The translations under genes and the position numbers were made by a program. Shown one piece after another: positions 46,854 through 56,317 of a stretch of 64,000 nucleotides of DNA; the stretch's first letter is position 1; every line of letters starts with the position of its first letter. The notes beneath the pieces are model-generated. The model was not told where the DNA came from. It did no database searches and worked only from the letters and a program-made list of their open reading frames with translations. Origin of the DNA: Alphaproteobacteria bacterium (GTDB lineage: Bacteria > Pseudomonadota > Alphaproteobacteria > CALKHQ01); NCBI GenBank assembly GCA_965227515.1, contig CBDDFZ010000002.1:1248001-1312000 (forward strand), given 5' to 3'.

Positions 46854-47930
46854 TCAAGCCCGCGCCGCCGACGAAACCATGCCATGCCGGCCCGGGTCAC
46901 GCTCCGACGACAGATCGTCGAGGTCCGCGCTGGCCAGGCTGTCCGGCGAGCGCCGGCGTGCGGCCCAGGCGCGTCGCGCCACCGGCACCAGGTACAAGTA
47001 TCCCGCCAGAAGGTTAAGAAGATAGACCCCCACAACCTGCCACGCGGCGGACCACCGGCCGGGCGCACTTGCGCCGCCTTGTTCCAGCGCGACGACATTG
47101 TGCTTGTCGCCGAACGACAGGCGCTGCGCCTTGCTGAACAGCCGGACCAGGTTCATCGGGTCCAGCGTGAAGGCGATGTCGGCCAGGGGCAGCACCGCGA
47201 TGCGCCACAGCGGGAAGTTCTTCAGCGCGAAGTACATGCGGCTGCGGCCGGTCAGGAGCGGACGCACGCGGCGCGAGTGGCCAGCGAAATGGTGCACGAC
47301 GGGCACATGGCCGACAACGGCGGCCTTCAGCCCGGTCTGGTTCAGGCGGTAGACGAAATCGGTGTCGTCCCAGTGGAACACGCAGCCCTCGTCGAAGCCC
47401 TTCAGCGCCATGAAGGTCTCGCGCCGGACCATCAGGTTGCAGCCTTCCAGCATGTTCGCCGGATGCAACTCATAGGGGGCGAGTTCCATCAGATAGGAGC
47501 CGCGCACCATGCCGTTCAGCAGCAGTGTCAAGGTCTTGGTGCCGATCGGCCGGCCGGTATCGTCGACCACCGCCTCACCGCCGACCGCGCCCAGTTCGGG
47601 ATCGGCCTGCATGATCGCCACCAGCCGGGTCGCCGCGTCCGGATCGATGATCTCGGCATCGTTGTCCATGAACCACAGCATGTCGCCGGTGCTCATCAGC
47701 GCGGCGGCATTGCGGCCGGCGCAGATGCCGTGGTTGCGCGACGCACGGTACAGGCGCACCTCCGGGAACTCCCGGGCGATCATGTCGGGCGCTTCGGTGA
47801 CGCTGCCATTGTCGACGACAACGGTCTCGAGGTTCGGGTAGCGCAACCGGCGGATCGATGCCAGGCAGGCGCGCATTTCCTCGATCCTGTTGTAGGAGAG
47901 GATGATGATGGACAATTTCGGCGTGGTCAT
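46854..47930 (-). CDS. Glycosyltransferase family 2
   Basis: LSIIILSYN, VVVDNGS, WFMDND, GFDE..DDTDF. Confidence 0.9.
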   Translation of the reverse strand: MTTPKLSIIILSYNRIEEMRACLASIRRLRYPNLETVVVDNGSVTEAPDMIAREFPEVRLYRASRNHGICAGRNAAALMSTGDMLWFMDNDAEIIDPDAATRLVAIMQADPELGAVGGEAVVDDTGRPIGTKTLTLLLNGMVRGSYLMELAPYELHPANMLEGCNLMVRRETFMALKGFDEGCVFHWDDTDFVYRLNQTGLKAAVVGHVPVVHHFAGHSRRVRPLLTGRSRMYFALKNFPLWRIAVLPLADIAFTLDPMNLVRLFSKAQRLSFGDKHNVVALEQGGASAPGRWSAAWQVVGVYLLNLLAGYLYLVPVARRAWAARRRSPDSLASADLDDLSSERDPGRHGMVSSAARA

Positions 47931-48145
47931 CTCGCCCCGCCTACGTTGACCTCGCCCAACATGACGAAGTGCCTGCACATGCGCTCCGCGCACCCTTCTG
48001 GTGAGCCCGTGGTAACTCTATTCAACTGTTGGGGGCGACCGCCGGTCGGCCAACGACAGGGCAGCCAGCCGCAGCTTGCGACCGTCCTACCCTTGCCCCA
48101 CACCTATAGAAAGGTAGGGTCAAACATTAAAAAAATCAATAATGA

Positions 48146-48571
48146 TCAGCGCACCACAAGTACCGAAACATGCGACTCATTCACAACCCTTGAGCCTGTC
48201 GTGCCAAGTATATAGTGAGACACTTCATCCTTGTTGCTGCTTAGAACTATTAGATCACAAGAAAGGCTACGCGCCTGCTCGACAATTGTCTGGTGAATGT
48301 TTCCCTCGGCCACGTGGGCTTGCCAGGTAACATTCGCGTCCATCGTCTCTGCCAGCAGTTTTTCCAGTCCCTCCTTGGCCGTTGCCAGCATCCGGGCCTT
48401 GTGGTCCGGCGGAAAGAACTGTGCAACCAGGCCAAACCGGAACGCCGGCACAACGGACAGGGCGTGCAGCGTGGCACCGAACGTGCCGCAAAGCTGGCTG
48501 GCCACCGGCAGCGCCTTGACCCAGGACTCGCGGTCGTCGAGGTCAATCGGCACCAGGATGTTCTCGTACAT
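48146..48571 (-). CDS. Universal stress protein (TeaD-like)
   Basis: MYENILVPIDL, CDLIVL, ILGTTGSRVV..S..SVLVVR; downstream of the TRAP permease. Confidence 0.9.
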   Translation of the reverse strand: MYENILVPIDLDDRESWVKALPVASQLCGTFGATLHALSVVPAFRFGLVAQFFPPDHKARMLATAKEGLEKLLAETMDANVTWQAHVAEGNIHQTIVEQARSLSCDLIVLSSNKDEVSHYILGTTGSRVVNESHVSVLVVR

Positions 48572-48596
48572 GCCTCGCCCCTTCCTATGCCTATGC

Positions 48597-51500
48597 TTAC
48601 GCCTGGGCCGTCGCGGTACGCAGTTGCTCGCCCCGCCGGCGGCGCTGCACCCAAATCACCAGCGCCAGCAACACGAATGCCGGAATGAAGAACAGCTCCT
48701 TCGGCGGGCGGTCGGCCTCGACCTCCAGGTGGAGAATTTCGAAGCCGCTGTCCAGGCCGGCGGCGAACGCCGGGGTTTCCGGCTGCACGAAGGTCGCCTG
48801 CACCATGTCGCCCATCGCCATGAACTGGGCGCCGGTGGCCGACAGCCGCTCCATGCCGCCGGCGCCGGCCTCGCCAAGCGGCAGCATGGCGGTGATGGTC
48901 ACGAAGTCGCCGTCGATGGTCAGCCCCTCCGCCACCATGCGGATGTCGGCGCCGTCGGGTGCGGCTTCCGCCCGCTCGAACAGCTCGCTGGCCGGGGCCT
49001 GCTCCAGCGGTTCCTGGATCATGTCCATCCAGAAGCCCGGTCTGAGCAGGGTGAATGCGACCAGCAACAGGGCAACCGCCTCCCAGATCTTGTTCTTGGC
49101 CAGGAACCAGCCTTGGGTCGCGGCGGCAAACACGAGCATGGCTATGGTCGAACTGACCACCACCAGGATCAGGTCAATCGTGTCCTCCACCCCGATCATC
49201 AGGAGCTGGGTATTGAAGATGAAGATGAAGGGCAGGGCCGCCGTCCGCAGGGAATAGGCGAACGCCGTGAAGCCGGTGCGGATCGGGTCCGCCCCGGATA
49301 TTGCCGCCGCCGCGAACGAGGCGAGGCCCACCGGTGGCGTTACGTCGGCCATGATGCCGAAGTAGAACACGAACATATGGACCGCGATCAGCGGCACCAC
49401 CAGGCCGTTCTCCGCGCCCAGCGCCACCACCACAGGTGCCATCAGCGAGGAGACGACGATGTAGTTCGCGGTGGTCGGCAGGCCCATGCCCAGGATCAGG
49501 CTCAGCACCGCCACCCACAGCAGCATCAGGATCAGGCTGCCCATTGACAGCACTTCCACGAACTGCGCCATCACCTGGCCGATGCCGGTCAGCGACACTG
49601 TGCCGACGATAATGCCGGCGGTCGCGGTCGCGATGCCGATGCCGATCATGTTGCGCGCACCGGTGACCATGCCCTCCCACAGGTCGCGCATACCTTCGCC
49701 GAAGGCAGCGCCCAGGGCGCCGCTGTTGCGCATGACGGCCAAGAGCGGGCGCTGGGTCACCAGGATCACCAGCATCAGCACCACCGCCCAGAATGCCGAC
49801 AGGCCGGGCGACAGCCGCTCGACCATCAGGCACCAGATCAGCACCACCACCGGCAGCAGGAAGTAGAGTCCGGAACGCACGGTCGGGCCGACCTCGGGCA
49901 GCGCCACGATCTCGGCGTCCGGGTCTTCCATCTTCAAGGGCGGGTTCTTGGACGAGATCCAGAGCAGCCCGACATAGGCCGCGGCGATCAGAACCAGGAT
50001 CGGCAGCATGCCCCAGGCCGTGCCGAACACCTCGTCGATCAGGCCGATCAGCAGGAACAGGCCATAGGCGCCGATCACGATGTTGCAGGCGACGATGGCG
50101 CCGGTGGAAATGAAGTGCAGGCGCTGGTCGGGCGTCGTGCGGCTGCGCACACCGAAGTAGAGCACGACCTGCAGCGCGATCACGGCCAGGATGCCGATCA
50201 GCGCCAACCCGTTGTCGGACAGCCATTCGAATGACAGCCACAGATAATAGAGCGCGCCCGCCACGATGAAGATCGAGGCGACGGTGATGCCGAACGACAG
50301 CAGCGCCCATTTGGCGGCGAGTTGCTTGCCGGGCTTGGGCAGCCCCTGCATGTCGGCCTTCATCGCCTCCAGGTGGACGATGTAGACCAGCGCGATGTAG
50401 CTGATCACCGCCGGCAGGAAGGCGTGCTTGACCACGTCGAAATAGGCGATGCCGACATACTCGGCGATCAGGAACGCGGCCGCGCCCATCACCGGCGGCA
50501 TGATCTGGCCGTTGACCGAGGAGGCGACCTCGACCGCGCCTGCCTTGTCGGCGCGGAAGCCGACCCGTTTCATCAGCGGGATGGTGAAGGTTCCGGTCGT
50601 CACCACGTTGGCGATGGACGAGCCGGAGATCAGGCCGGTCATGCCGCTGGCGACCACGGCGGCCTTGGCCGGGCCGCCACGCAGGTGGCCGAGCAGCGAG
50701 AACGCGACCTGGATGAAGTAGTTGCCGGCGCCCGCCTTCTCCAGCATCGCGCCGAACAGCACGAACAGGAACACCATCTTGGTCGACACGCCGAGGGCGA
50801 CGCCGAACGTGCCCTCCTGGGTCAGCCACTGGTGCTCCATGGTGCGGGCCAGCGACCGTGGCGCGGTCGCAATGACGTCGGGCATGTACTGGCCGAGGAA
50901 GGTGTAGCAGAGGAACACCAGGGCCACGATCATCAGCGGCGGGCCCAGGGTGCGCCTGGTCGCTTCCAGCAGCATGCCCATGCCGACCACGGCGACCACC
51001 ATCGACAGGTCGGACGGCCGGCCGGCGGCGGCGGTGACGCTCTCATAGAACCAGTACAGGTAGCTCGCGCAGAACGCGGCGATGAAGGCGATGAACCAGT
51101 CCGGCCAGGTGATCTTGGTCCGGGTGACCGGGCCGAACATCGGGATTGCCAGCAGCAGCAGCGCCGCCGCGCCGGCCGAGATCGCCACGTGGGCGCGGAT
51201 GCCGCGGTCGTCGATATCCAGGAAGCCCGTCAGGTCGTCGCGCAGGGACGAAATGCCGACCAGGTAGTAGGCGATCAGCGCCAGGCCGACGATGCCGACG
51301 ATCCATTGCGTGCTGCCGCGCATGCCGGGAATGCGCCCGCTGACGATGGGGTTGACGGACAGCAGCGCCAGGAAGCCCAGCAAGCCGGCGATCCACGGCA
51401 GGATGCCGCCGCCAGCCCCGGCCTCGGAGACCATGGTGCCGGCCTGGGCCAGCGCCTCTTCGATCACGGCCGGGTCGGCGGTCTCCTGGATGCCCATGCC

Positions 51501-51935
51501 CATGAACACGGCCTCCATCGTCAGGCCGAAATAGGTGAGCAGCGAGAAGACGACGACCACCAGGCCGGCGAGCAGCAGCAGCCAGCCGAAGAAGCGCTTG
51601 CCGATGGGCTTGGCCTGCAGATAGGCGGGGTAGGCGCAATAGCCCAGGAAGACGGCGAAGCCGAGGTGGATGGTCCGCGCCTCGTGGTCGTTCAGCGTCC
51701 AGTTGCCGGGCAGAATGTCGGTGAAGATGAAGGGCAGGGGGGAGGCGAAGTAGATCTGGAACGCCGACCAGGCGAACGCGATGCAGGCCAGCAACAGACC
51801 GATGCTGCCGGTCGGGCTGCGCGCGCCGGTGTCCGACTGCGCAACCATCTCTTGCAGCTTGTCCTGGTCGACCCCGGCCGCCTGGGCGTCTGGCGCGCCT
51901 GCGGGCACATCCCGATCGTCGGTTGATGCCGCCAT
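48597..51935 (-). CDS. TAXI-TRAP fused permease (4TM/12TM), unusually long
   Basis: LLEATRR..GPPL, FLFVLFGA, RGGPAKAAV, GQIMPPVMGAAAF, LGMGLPTTANYI, ADVTPPVGLASFAAA; C-terminal DUF3394-like tail. Confidence 0.93.
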   Translation of the reverse strand: MAASTDDRDVPAGAPDAQAAGVDQDKLQEMVAQSDTGARSPTGSIGLLLACIAFAWSAFQIYFASPLPFIFTDILPGNWTLNDHEARTIHLGFAVFLGYCAYPAYLQAKPIGKRFFGWLLLLAGLVVVVFSLLTYFGLTMEAVFMGMGIQETADPAVIEEALAQAGTMVSEAGAGGGILPWIAGLLGFLALLSVNPIVSGRIPGMRGSTQWIVGIVGLALIAYYLVGISSLRDDLTGFLDIDDRGIRAHVAISAGAAALLLLAIPMFGPVTRTKITWPDWFIAFIAAFCASYLYWFYESVTAAAGRPSDLSMVVAVVGMGMLLEATRRTLGPPLMIVALVFLCYTFLGQYMPDVIATAPRSLARTMEHQWLTQEGTFGVALGVSTKMVFLFVLFGAMLEKAGAGNYFIQVAFSLLGHLRGGPAKAAVVASGMTGLISGSSIANVVTTGTFTIPLMKRVGFRADKAGAVEVASSVNGQIMPPVMGAAAFLIAEYVGIAYFDVVKHAFLPAVISYIALVYIVHLEAMKADMQGLPKPGKQLAAKWALLSFGITVASIFIVAGALYYLWLSFEWLSDNGLALIGILAVIALQVVLYFGVRSRTTPDQRLHFISTGAIVACNIVIGAYGLFLLIGLIDEVFGTAWGMLPILVLIAAAYVGLLWISSKNPPLKMEDPDAEIVALPEVGPTVRSGLYFLLPVVVLIWCLMVERLSPGLSAFWAVVLMLVILVTQRPLLAVMRNSGALGAAFGEGMRDLWEGMVTGARNMIGIGIATATAGIIVGTVSLTGIGQVMAQFVEVLSMGSLILMLLWVAVLSLILGMGLPTTANYIVVSSLMAPVVVALGAENGLVVPLIAVHMFVFYFGIMADVTPPVGLASFAAAAISGADPIRTGFTAFAYSLRTAALPFIFIFNTQLLMIGVEDTIDLILVVVSSTIAMLVFAAATQGWFLAKNKIWEAVALLLVAFTLLRPGFWMDMIQEPLEQAPASELFERAEAAPDGADIRMVAEGLTIDGDFVTITAMLPLGEAGAGGMERLSATGAQFMAMGDMVQATFVQPETPAFAAGLDSGFEILHLEVEADRPPKELFFIPAFVLLALVIWVQRRRRGEQLRTATAQA

Positions 51936-52088
51936 GTTCGGCCTCCCGCTATCCGTGTGGCGCCGAACGCGCCACCGGTACCCCAATGATCGATGCGAAA
52001 CGGTGCGCCCGGTCGTCGATGGCGGGCGCGGCAGGAAAGGTCGGGCGGCGCGACTCCGGTTGAACCGGGCCCGCGCCGCCCGCTCGGC

Positions 52089-53054
52089 CTACATCAGGCC
52101 AGCTTCTTCGTAATAGCGGATCGCACCGTCATGCAGCGGGGCCGACAGGCCGAAGCTCACCATTTCTTCCTTCTGCAACGTGCCGAAGGCCGGGTGCAGG
52201 CGCTTGAAGTCCTCGAAATTGTCGAAGACGGCCTGAACGACCGTGTAGACCACGTCGTCGGCCAGCGCGGTCGAGCTGACGAAAGTCGCCTTCACGCCGA
52301 AGGTGGCGACGTCGTCGTCATTGCCCGGATACATGCCGCCGGGAATGGTGGCGGTGGCGTAGTACGGGTTGTCGGCGATCAGCTGGTCGATGGCCTCACC
52401 GGTCACCGGCACCAGCACGGTCTCGCACGACGAGGTCGCTTCCTGGATCGAGCCGGACGGGTGGCCGACGGTGAAGACGATGGCGTCGACATTGTTGTCG
52501 CACAGCGCGGCCGCCTGCTCCGACGACACCAGTTCGGACACCAGCGAGAAGTCGTCCATGGTCCAGCCCAAGGCGCCCATCACCACTTCCATGGTGCCGC
52601 GCTGGCCAGAGCCCGGGTTGCCGACATTGACGCGCTTGCCGAGCAGGTCCTCGAAGGTGGCGATGCCGGCATCGGCCCGCGCCAGCACGGTGAACGGCTC
52701 GGAGTGGACCGAGAACACCGCCCGCAGGTCGGGGTTGGCGGTCTCGAAGTTCTCGTGGCTGCCGTGATAGGCGTGGTACTGCCAGTCGGACTGGGCAACC
52801 GCGAGATCGAGCTCGCCGCCGGCGATGGCGTTCAGGTTGAACACCGAACCGCCCGTGCTTTCCACCGAGCAGCGGATGCCGTGCTCGGAACGGCCGGCGT
52901 TGACCAGACGGCAGATCGCGCCGCCGGTCGGATAGTAGACACCGGTGACACCGCCGGTGCCGATGGTGACGAACTGCTCCTGGGCCGCGGCCCCGGTGGC
53001 ACCGGCAATCGCCAGCGCGGCGCCGGCCAGTGCAAAACTCTTGATGAAACTCAT
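52089..53054 (-). CDS. TAXI family TRAP solute-binding subunit
   Basis: TIGTGGVTGVYYPTGG, STGGSVFN, GNPGSGQR, PLHDGAIRYY. Confidence 0.94.
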   Translation of the reverse strand: MSFIKSFALAGAALAIAGATGAAAQEQFVTIGTGGVTGVYYPTGGAICRLVNAGRSEHGIRCSVESTGGSVFNLNAIAGGELDLAVAQSDWQYHAYHGSHENFETANPDLRAVFSVHSEPFTVLARADAGIATFEDLLGKRVNVGNPGSGQRGTMEVVMGALGWTMDDFSLVSELVSSEQAAALCDNNVDAIVFTVGHPSGSIQEATSSCETVLVPVTGEAIDQLIADNPYYATATIPGGMYPGNDDDVATFGVKATFVSSTALADDVVYTVVQAVFDNFEDFKRLHPAFGTLQKEEMVSFGLSAPLHDGAIRYYEEAGLM

Positions 53055-53132
53055 ATGCGTCCTCTCCTCTACTCTTCTGTCGTTATCCCAATCCGCTGAA
53101 TGACGCTGCGGCCGGCGGCTCGTAACAGATCG

Positions 53133-53978
53133 TCAAGCCATCATGCGGCGCGCCGCATCAGCATCGCCGATCGGGCGGCCCAGGGCATCGGCCCCGCTCC
53201 GGACCTGTGCGACCAACGCCGCATTGTCGGCGGCCGTCGTTCCATCGCGCAGTAAGGTATTGTTCTCAAACCCTACCCGACTATGCCCACCCAACGCCGC
53301 CGCCGTCAACGCGCAGGCGTTTTCCGTCGCGCCGAACGCGCATACGAACCACGGCAGCGCGAGGTCCAGGGTTTGCCACGCCGCCAGAAACGGCAGCAGG
53401 TCGGCGGGCGCGGACTGCTGGCCGGCGGTATAGCGGCCGAGCACGAAAAGCACGCTGGCCGGCGTGGACGGCACCACCTCGCGCGCAACCAGGTCGCCGA
53501 ACCGCGCGACATCTTCAGGGCTGTAGAGGATGTACTGCGGCAGCGTGCCATCGGTGACGGTATCGGCCAGGAACCGTGCCGCCTCGGCCTCGTCGTCCGG
53601 CCCCGGCACCAGTTCGCGCACCGCCAGCGAGACCGCATCCGGCCGCACCGCCCGCACGACAGCCATCTGTTCGGCCGGCGTGTAGCGCCCCACCGCCTCG
53701 CTGGTGATCTGGATCAGCAGGCGGTCGCCGACCTCGGCCTCGACCTTGGAAATGGCATCCAGGTACAGGTCGGCATCCAGCACATGGCCGCCACGCCGGT
53801 CGCGCACATGCAGGTGCAGCATGGCGGCACCCGCATCGGCGCATTCGGCCGCGCAGCGCGCCATGTCCTCGTTGTTCACCGGCACCGCCGGGTGGTCTGC
53901 CTTGGTCTTGCGCGCGCCGTTCGGTGCGACCGCGACGATCAGCGGCGTCCAGTCCGGACCTGCCGCCAAATCGCTCAT
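53133..53978 (-). CDS. Beta-keto acid cleavage enzyme (BKACE/DUF849)
   Basis: VAPNGARKTKADHP, AGAAMLHLHVRD (HxH), GGHSRVGFENN. Confidence 0.9.
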   Translation of the reverse strand: MSDLAAGPDWTPLIVAVAPNGARKTKADHPAVPVNNEDMARCAAECADAGAAMLHLHVRDRRGGHVLDADLYLDAISKVEAEVGDRLLIQITSEAVGRYTPAEQMAVVRAVRPDAVSLAVRELVPGPDDEAEAARFLADTVTDGTLPQYILYSPEDVARFGDLVAREVVPSTPASVLFVLGRYTAGQQSAPADLLPFLAAWQTLDLALPWFVCAFGATENACALTAAALGGHSRVGFENNTLLRDGTTAADNAALVAQVRSGADALGRPIGDADAARRMMA

Positions 53979-55363
53979 TCGGCGGCAGCGACCGAGGCGC
54001 CGACCTCGTCCAAGCCGGTGCGGATGGCTTCGGCGACACCGTCGGCGATGGTGTCGATGTCGGCCGCCGTGACGATGAAGGGCGGGGCGATCAGGACGTG
54101 GTCGCCGCGTTGGCCGTCGATAGTGCCGCCCATCGGATAGATCATCAGCCCGTTGTCCATGGCCGCCCGCTTGATCTTGGCGTGCAATTTCAGTGCCGGG
54201 TCGAACGGGGCCTTGGTCTCGCGGTCGGCCACCAGTTCGACGCCGCGGAACAGGCCGCGCCCGCGAATGTCGCCGACATGGGGGTTCTGGCCCAGACGCT
54301 CGCTCAAGCCGTCCTGCAGCCGCGCGCCCATGGCGCGCACGTTGTCCAGCAGGTTGTCGCGCTCGATCACCTGCTGCACCGCCAGCGCGGCGGCACACGC
54401 GGTGGGGTGGCCCATATAGGTGTGACCGTGCTGGAAGAATCCGCTGCCGGCCGCGATCGCATCGAAGATGTGACGGCCGACCATGACCGCGCCGATCGGC
54501 TGGTAGCCGGCGCCGAGCCCCTTGGCGATGGTCAGCAGGTCGGGGCGCACGCCGTCCTCGGCGCAGGCGAACAGATGCCCGGTGCGGCCCATGCCGCACA
54601 TCACCTCGTCCAGGATCAACAGCACGCCGTGCCGGTCGCAGATCTCGCGCACCCGGCGCAGATAGTCGGCCTCGGCCGGCACCGCGCCGGCGGTCGCGCC
54701 GACCACGGGCTCGGCCACGAATGCCATCACGTTTTCCGGCCCCAGCCGCTCGATCTCGGCTTCCACCAGGCCGGCGGCGCGGGCGGCATAGTCCTCCAGC
54801 GATTCGTCGGGCCGCTTCAGGCGATAGGCGTAGCAGGGGTCTACGTGGTGGGTGTCGATCAGCAAGGGCGCGAACGGCGTGCGCCGCCATTGGTTGCCGC
54901 CGGCCGCCAGTGCGCCCAGGGTGTTGCCGTGATAGCTCTGCTGGCGCGCGACGATGTGGCGGCGCTGCGGCTGGCCGGTCTCCAGATAGTACTGGCGCGC
55001 CAGCTTCAGCGCAGCCTCCACCGCTTCCGAACCGCCGGAGACGAAATAGACCCGGTCCAGCGCGCGCGGGTCGTCGGCGCTGTAGTCAGGCGAGCGCGCG
55101 ACCAAATGGTCGGCCAGGTCCTCCATCGGCTGGTTGGTGAAGAACCCCGTATGGGCATAGGGCAGGGCGTCGAGCTGGGCCTTGATCGCCGCGATCACGT
55201 CCGGGTGGGAATGGCCGAGGCACGAGACCGCCGCCCCGCCGGAGGCGTCGAGGTAGCGCTTGCCGCCGCTGTCGACGATGTGGATGCCGTCGCCCTGCGC
55301 CGCGACCGGCAGGCGCATGGCCGTGTGGCGGTGAAAAACGTGGCCGGAGGTGCTTGCGCTCAT
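53975..55363 (-). CDS. Class III PLP-dependent aminotransferase
   Basis: YLDASGGAAVSCLGH, SGGSEAVE, SYHGNT, ILDEVMCGMGRTG, AKGLGAGY, HGHTY. Confidence 0.93.
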   Translation of the reverse strand: MSASTSGHVFHRHTAMRLPVAAQGDGIHIVDSGGKRYLDASGGAAVSCLGHSHPDVIAAIKAQLDALPYAHTGFFTNQPMEDLADHLVARSPDYSADDPRALDRVYFVSGGSEAVEAALKLARQYYLETGQPQRRHIVARQQSYHGNTLGALAAGGNQWRRTPFAPLLIDTHHVDPCYAYRLKRPDESLEDYAARAAGLVEAEIERLGPENVMAFVAEPVVGATAGAVPAEADYLRRVREICDRHGVLLILDEVMCGMGRTGHLFACAEDGVRPDLLTIAKGLGAGYQPIGAVMVGRHIFDAIAAGSGFFQHGHTYMGHPTACAAALAVQQVIERDNLLDNVRAMGARLQDGLSERLGQNPHVGDIRGRGLFRGVELVADRETKAPFDPALKLHAKIKRAAMDNGLMIYPMGGTIDGQRGDHVLIAPPFIVTAADIDTIADGVAEAIRTGLDEVGASVAAAE

Positions 55364-55505
55364 GGAAAATTCCCGTGCGGCAGGTTAGATGAACGTCGGT
55401 ACCAATCTTTTGCGCGCCCTCGGGCAAATCATCAAGCCGTTCGGAGATTGTCGCCTGCGTCGGCAGGCCACGGGCCAGAACGCGGAACGACGACGGAGTG
55501 CAGGC

Positions 55506-56021
55506 GTGGACCTGAAGGCACATATCCGCACCATTCCGGATTTCCCGAAGCCGGGCATCCAGTTCTATGACATTTCGACCTTGCTGGCCGACGGCCCGGC
55601 GTGGCGTGCGGCGGTAGACCGCATGGCCGAGATGATTGGCCCCTACAAGCCCGACATGCTGGCCGGCATCGAATCCCGCGGCTTCCTGGTCGCGGCCCCG
55701 CTGGCGCTGGCGCTCGGCTGCGGTTTCATGATGGTGCGCAAGAAGGGCAAGCTGCCGGGCGGCATCGTGGAGCACGACTACGACCTGGAATACGGCACCG
55801 ACACCATCGAGGTGCAGCAGGACGCTCTGGCCAAGGGCCGACGGGTGGTGGTGCTGGACGACCTGATCGCCACCGGCGGCACCCTGGCCGCCTCGGTCCA
55901 CCTGCTCGACAAGATCGGCGGCGACGTGGTGGCGGCGGCCACCATCATGGAGCTGAGCTTCCTGAAGGGACGCGACAGCCTGGGCGTGCCGTTCCACAGC
56001 CTGGTGGTCTACGACGAGTGA
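55506..56021 (+). CDS. apt: Adenine phosphoribosyltransferase
   Basis: [44 protein letters not shown]. Confidence 0.95.
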   Translation: MDLKAHIRTIPDFPKPGIQFYDISTLLADGPAWRAAVDRMAEMIGPYKPDMLAGIESRGFLVAAPLALALGCGFMMVRKKGKLPGGIVEHDYDLEYGTDTIEVQQDALAKGRRVVVLDDLIATGGTLAASVHLLDKIGGDVVAAATIMELSFLKGRDSLGVPFHSLVVYDE

Positions 56022-56071
56022 GGTTGCGCGCCTTGGTTTGGGTTTGGCGCGCAGCTCGATCCGATAGAGAC

Positions 56072-56247
56072 CGTCGCCCTCGCGCTTGTCGCGAGGGTCC
56101 ATTTGCGGGGCGGTAAGAACCGGTCGGATTGGCAACGGGAAGCGTTGGCCCATCGGGATCCAGCGCCTGCCACCTTGCCTGGCGATTCAGATTAACTTGT
56201 TGGAATATTGGATTAAAATGGGTCCTCGCCACAAGGGCGAGGACGAC
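56072..56247. repeat. CGTC-type inverted-repeat element (MITE/REP-like)
   Basis: CGTCGCCCTCGCGCTTGTCGCGAGGGTCCAT ... ATGGGTCCTCGCCACAAGGGCGAGGACGAC around a ~115-bp spacer. Confidence 0.7.
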
Positions 56248-56260
56248 AAGATTGGGTGTG

Positions 56261-56292
56261 AAAAACGCCCCCGGCACGAGGCCGAGGGCGTT
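56261..56292 (-). terminator. Rho-independent terminator of the giant repeat protein gene
   Basis: AAAAACGCCCCCGGC-ACGAG-GCCGAGGGCGTT on +. Confidence 0.65.
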
Positions 56293-56317
56293 AACTGCCA
56301 GGTACGGATCGCGCGCG

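Noticed and set aside
53979-54890. Apparent 585-aa BKACE with an N-terminal extension
   Set aside because: The extension is an alternate frame of the aminotransferase. The real start is ATG 53978, overlapping that gene's stop.
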